A stretch of DNA of 64,000 nucleotides from a virus. Below, piece by piece: positions 60,553 through 64,000 of the stretch. Location of the stretch: positions 32,001 to 96,000 of IMG/VR virus record IMGVR_UViG_3300028800_000003; one strand, written 5' to 3'. The notes under the pieces are model-generated. The model did not search any database and had not been told where the DNA came from. It saw only the letters and a list, made by a program, of their open reading frames with translations. Every line of letters begins with the position of its first letter. The first letter of the stretch is position 1. Both the position numbers and the translations under genes were made by a program.

Positions 60553-61548
60553 TTACGGACGGACGACCGCGACGATCGAGTGGGCGTAGGTCGGACCCTT
60601 CGCCAGCACCGCGTTGAAATGCACGGCGACGTACTGGCCCTGCAAGCCGCCCAGCAAGCCGAGCTGGAAGATGCGGGGCTTGGGGTTGCCCTGACCGCCA
60701 TCGATGTACGGCATCTCAACCATTCGCTCGGTCATGATGACGGCGAAATAGTTGTTGAAGCCGGACGGAGGAGCCGAGAAGCCGAACGCCGCAGCGTTGG
60801 TGTAGGGCAGCCAGCGCTCGCTGATCAGAGGCAGGAGGCCCGCCTCGGTCTGGATCGCGCTCACCTTCACGCCGGCCTTCACTTCCACAGTGTCGAGCAC
60901 GAGGCCCATGGCCTTGCACTCTTGGGCGATGTAGTTGGCGAGCTTCGGGTTGACGTAGATCGCCGTCGGGTCCGAGTCGAAATCGGTGCGGGCGATCATC
61001 GAGGCGACCTGTGCTTTCAGCCCGTCAACGATCGAGGAACCGTTGCCGATGGTGGCCGTCTGCATGATCTGGTTGAGCAGGCCCATGTACTGCTGCGTGG
61101 TCGGGTTCGACAGCGACGTGTCGTTGCCGTTCCACACCGCAGCCGCCTCAAGGCGCAGGATCGCGTTGACGGCGTCCTGAATGTCCTTGGCCTCCAGGTA
61201 GGAGAACTGGCCTTGCTGTTTGGTCACGTCCACGTCGAACAGCGAGAGGTTCGTCTGGACCGTGATGGCCTTGATGAAGGCCGTGCGCTCGACGCGCTGC
61301 GGGCCGGTGGCGGCTGGCGTCAGATTGCGCGGGTCGTTGAACGCGGCGGTGCCGATGTTCAACTGTTCAAAGTAGCGATGCGGATGGCCGGTAGCCGGCT
61401 TGGCAGAAACGCGATTGAGGAAAACGCTCGACCGCACAACCTCGTCGACGATCTCGGGCTCGTAGCGGTTGATTTCAATCGCGCCGTTGCCAAGAAAGTC
61501 CGCGGCCGCGCTCACGGATTCAAAGCGCGCCTGAAACTTATCAGTCAT
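60553..61548 (-). CDS. Major capsid protein (HK97-fold)
   Basis: 331 aa, strongly biased codons, follows protease/scaffold; VWNG...YMGLLNQI...PTAIYVNP. Confidence 0.75.
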   Translation of the reverse strand: MTDKFQARFESVSAAADFLGNGAIEINRYEPEIVDEVVRSSVFLNRVSAKPATGHPHRYFEQLNIGTAAFNDPRNLTPAATGPQRVERTAFIKAITVQTNLSLFDVDVTKQQGQFSYLEAKDIQDAVNAILRLEAAAVWNGNDTSLSNPTTQQYMGLLNQIMQTATIGNGSSIVDGLKAQVASMIARTDFDSDPTAIYVNPKLANYIAQECKAMGLVLDTVEVKAGVKVSAIQTEAGLLPLISERWLPYTNAAAFGFSAPPSGFNNYFAVIMTERMVEMPYIDGGQGNPKPRIFQLGLLGGLQGQYVAVHFNAVLAKGPTYAHSIVAVVRP

Positions 61549-61668
61549 TGGGGAAAAATCCTTCACGCGGCGCGGCGAGAAACGACGCACCGATCAAATG
61601 GATGGGGTGGAAAAAAGCGGGGGCCGAAAAGGCCCCCTTGATCAAACAAACCGAATTGTCAGATCGGA

Positions 61669-63015
61669 TTAGTCGATCGCGCCGACGTGGGCGAGAACCG
61701 TTTTCAGACGGAAACGATCCTCGGTCGCGAGACCGGCTTTCGCCATCGCGTCGTTGAGCGTGTTGAGCGGAATCTTGCTGCCGTCCTTGGGCAGTTCGAT
61801 GCCGGCCTTGGCGATCAGCTTCTCCTCACCGGCGCTGAGTGCGTAGGCGAGAGTCTGGCGCGCCGGGCGCACGCCCTCGGCCGAAGCCGACAGCGTCTCG
61901 ATCTTCTTTTCGGCGTCGGCCAGCTTGGTCTTGAGCGAAGCGACCTCGTCCTTGTGCGCGACTTCCGCCTTTTCGGCAGCAGCCTTCACCTCGGCGATCT
62001 GTTTGTCGGCCTCGACCTTCGCCTTCGCCGCAGCGTCTTCGCCGGCCTTCACCGCGGCCGCGTCGCTCGCCATAAAGCGATCGAACACATGGGACACTTT
62101 GCCCACGGCGCCGTCGGCACGAATGCCGTCAGCCATCTTGCGGAGAATCTGGACGTGGCCGGCGCTGGCATGCAGACCAATGCCTGCATCTTCCAACTTG
62201 TTGGCGGCATCCTCCAGTCGCTTCGCGTGCGGCTCGACTTTTTCGAGCACGTTCGCGGCCTGAACGTTCGCCATCTTCTCCGGCAGCTTCTGCAACTCTG
62301 CGATCTGAGTGGCCTGCGCAGTCACTGCGTCAGCGATCTGTTTGACAGACGCAGCGAGAGCGTCGAAATTCTTTTGGGCTTCTGCATCCATCTTGAAATC
62401 TCCTTGATCTGAAAGATGGGCCACTACGTCGGCAGCACGTTCGGCTGCTTCCTGTGCGGCGTTAATTGACGTTGATTTGTAGGCAGCCTTATTCTTGAAA
62501 AGAATTGCTGCACCAGTGAAGACAAGTTCGGTAACAGAAACAGGATTCAGCTTGGGATCGTTAGTCCACAAGTTGCGTGCCTCGAAACTCATTCCGAGGT
62601 CGTCCTTGTTGGCCTTGATCTCTTTTGCCAACTCCGGGAAATCGGCAGCGAAGATGTAGCCGTCGACGACGATGGCGTTACGCCCATTCACTTGTTTGAT
62701 GTCGGCGGCGCTGATCACGCCAATCTTGTTGCGCGGCGCGTGCGCGGTCAGATCGGCCATGCAGCCGATGCCCATGCCGATCAGAGAGTCGAGCGCGTCG
62801 CGCGCGGCGCCCGCTGTCACGAGGATGCGCTTGCCGCCGGTGCCTTCCGGCGCGGCGTCAGACGGTTCATCGATGTACGTAAGCACACCTGAGAACGGCA
62901 TCTTGTTTGGATGCGTCTTGATGTCGAAGGCCGCGGCTTGCAGCGCGACAGTCGAGAGCATCACGGCGCGCTTGTCGTCGCCGTGGCCGGAATCAACCGG
63001 AACGTGGTCAGTCAT
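61669..63015 (-). CDS. Prohead protease/scaffold fusion
   Basis: PFSGVLT.IDEPSD.AP...H....KIGVI...GMSFE...FTGAAIL...AAY..T, then Ala/Lys/Glu coiled coil. Confidence 0.75.
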   Translation of the reverse strand: MTDHVPVDSGHGDDKRAVMLSTVALQAAAFDIKTHPNKMPFSGVLTYIDEPSDAAPEGTGGKRILVTAGAARDALDSLIGMGIGCMADLTAHAPRNKIGVISAADIKQVNGRNAIVVDGYIFAADFPELAKEIKANKDDLGMSFEARNLWTNDPKLNPVSVTELVFTGAAILFKNKAAYKSTSINAAQEAAERAADVVAHLSDQGDFKMDAEAQKNFDALAASVKQIADAVTAQATQIAELQKLPEKMANVQAANVLEKVEPHAKRLEDAANKLEDAGIGLHASAGHVQILRKMADGIRADGAVGKVSHVFDRFMASDAAAVKAGEDAAAKAKVEADKQIAEVKAAAEKAEVAHKDEVASLKTKLADAEKKIETLSASAEGVRPARQTLAYALSAGEEKLIAKAGIELPKDGSKIPLNTLNDAMAKAGLATEDRFRLKTVLAHVGAID

Positions 63016-63165
63016 CGCAGTATGCAACCTGTGCTATATGTGCTGGCCGGTTACACGCGACCGGCTTAACCTATTGATTTTGCGAGGATAAAAGCCAGGA
63101 AGAATGCCATACCCGCACTTGCGCCCCGCATTTACCCGCATATATAACAACATGACGAGAGGAGC

Positions 63166-63405
63166 GTGCTTTTGAAACAGCTCGATCTATTCGGCGAGCC
63201 CGTCGCGTCATCCGCGCCGGATGAACCGCCGATCGACGATGTCGAATTCAGGTTCGGCAATCGCGGCCTGCGCGTCGTGCGCGTTTACGGCGACGATGAT
63301 GCAGCGCCCGTAATCGTCGAGGAGCTAAGCAATCGCGTCACTCTGCCAGGGCAACTCGCGCTCTGGAGCCGACAGGGCGTCAAGAGAGAACTGGAGAAAC
63401 GATGA
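63166..63405 (+). CDS. Hypothetical protein
   Basis: GAGGAG RBS, GTG start, divergent promoter-like region at ~63118-63150. Confidence 0.55.
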   Translation: MLLKQLDLFGEPVASSAPDEPPIDDVEFRFGNRGLRVVRVYGDDDAAPVIVEELSNRVTLPGQLALWSRQGVKRELEKR

Positions 63406-63683
63406 GCAAAAAGTTAGTGCAACCAAAAGAGCGCAAGCGCGGACTGCCGCCTGATCCTGACGGGCGAGGTCTCCACTATGGCAACGCCGACCGCGCCAAG
63501 TGGGCGCTTGCCGCCGTGCAAGAGTTTCAACGGCAGACGGGCAGCGATAATGACACCGCAGTTGGCGATCTGATCGCCGACCTGATTCATATGTGCGACC
63601 GTTATCCAGAGTTCGGACCATTCGGCGCGCAATACGAAAACGGCTGTCGACACTATGACGCCGAGACACGGCCAGAACGATGA
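63402..63683 (+). CDS. Hypothetical phage protein
   Basis: N.DRA.WA...DLIADL.H.CD motif; ATGA overlaps. Confidence 0.6.
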   Translation: MSKKLVQPKERKRGLPPDPDGRGLHYGNADRAKWALAAVQEFQRQTGSDNDTAVGDLIADLIHMCDRYPEFGPFGAQYENGCRHYDAETRPER

Positions 63684-63934
63684 GTCGCACAATGACGACA
63701 AAAAGGACTGTCTACGAAACGGTGCCGTCGAAGAATTGGAACGGAACGCCAGACGGCGGCACGTTTCAGAAACCCGTGACAGAGGTCAAATGCTGCGGCC
63801 GGTGGCTGCGCTGCGACCGCTTCACCAACACCTGCGACACCTGCAACGCCGACTACAATATGAGCGGTCAGCGACTGGCGCCGCGCGAGCAGTGGGGCGA
63901 GGAAACCGGAGAACACTGGACGGAGTGCATATGA
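63680..63934 (+). CDS. Zn-ribbon phage protein
   Basis: CCG...C...NTC..C.ADYN.SGQRLAPREQWGEE. Confidence 0.6.
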   Translation: MSRTMTTKRTVYETVPSKNWNGTPDGGTFQKPVTEVKCCGRWLRCDRFTNTCDTCNADYNMSGQRLAPREQWGEETGEHWTECI

Positions 63935-64000
63935 CGCAAAGCAATCAAGAGAAGATTGCGCACCTGCGCAAGCGAGCCGCACGGCTGCGCGCCAGTCTGC

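Overview
The whole window is part of a temperate, contractile-tailed (myovirus-type) phage of an alphaproteobacterium, probably a Rhizobiales/Bradyrhizobium-like host. The host is inferred from a GcrA-like gene, a host-like DnaQ and a serralysin/FG-GAP-type protein. Positions 1-24.9 kb are mostly + strand early/accessory genes: repressor, Gp157, RecT/Bet, two unrelated RNA ligases, HNH proteins, exonucleases, ProQ/FinO, HD hydrolase, SLOG, xis/int. A tRNA-Val(CAC) 3'-half att core follows the integrase with phage genes on both sides, so this looks like an intact attP. Positions 25.8-63 kb are the - strand late region: protease/scaffold, capsid, tRNA-Asn, neck, sheath/tube, tape measure, baseplate, fibres, a collagen-like protein plus glycosyltransferase, and lysis. 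Terminase and portal are not recognisable in the window. The top finding is a nuclease-less IS110/Nop-domain (TasA-like) gene at 9186-10394 whose own reading frame contains six 72-nt-periodic stem-loop units (4 at the 5' end, 2 at the 3' end), each with two 9-nt variable segments. This is a TIGR-like RNA-guided system written in frame into the gene of its effector. Also notable are a tRNA-like RNA with a 78-nt structured insert in place of the anticodon loop, and a ~230-nt pseudoknotted candidate ncRNA. All product calls come from motif recognition by eye; no database search was run.
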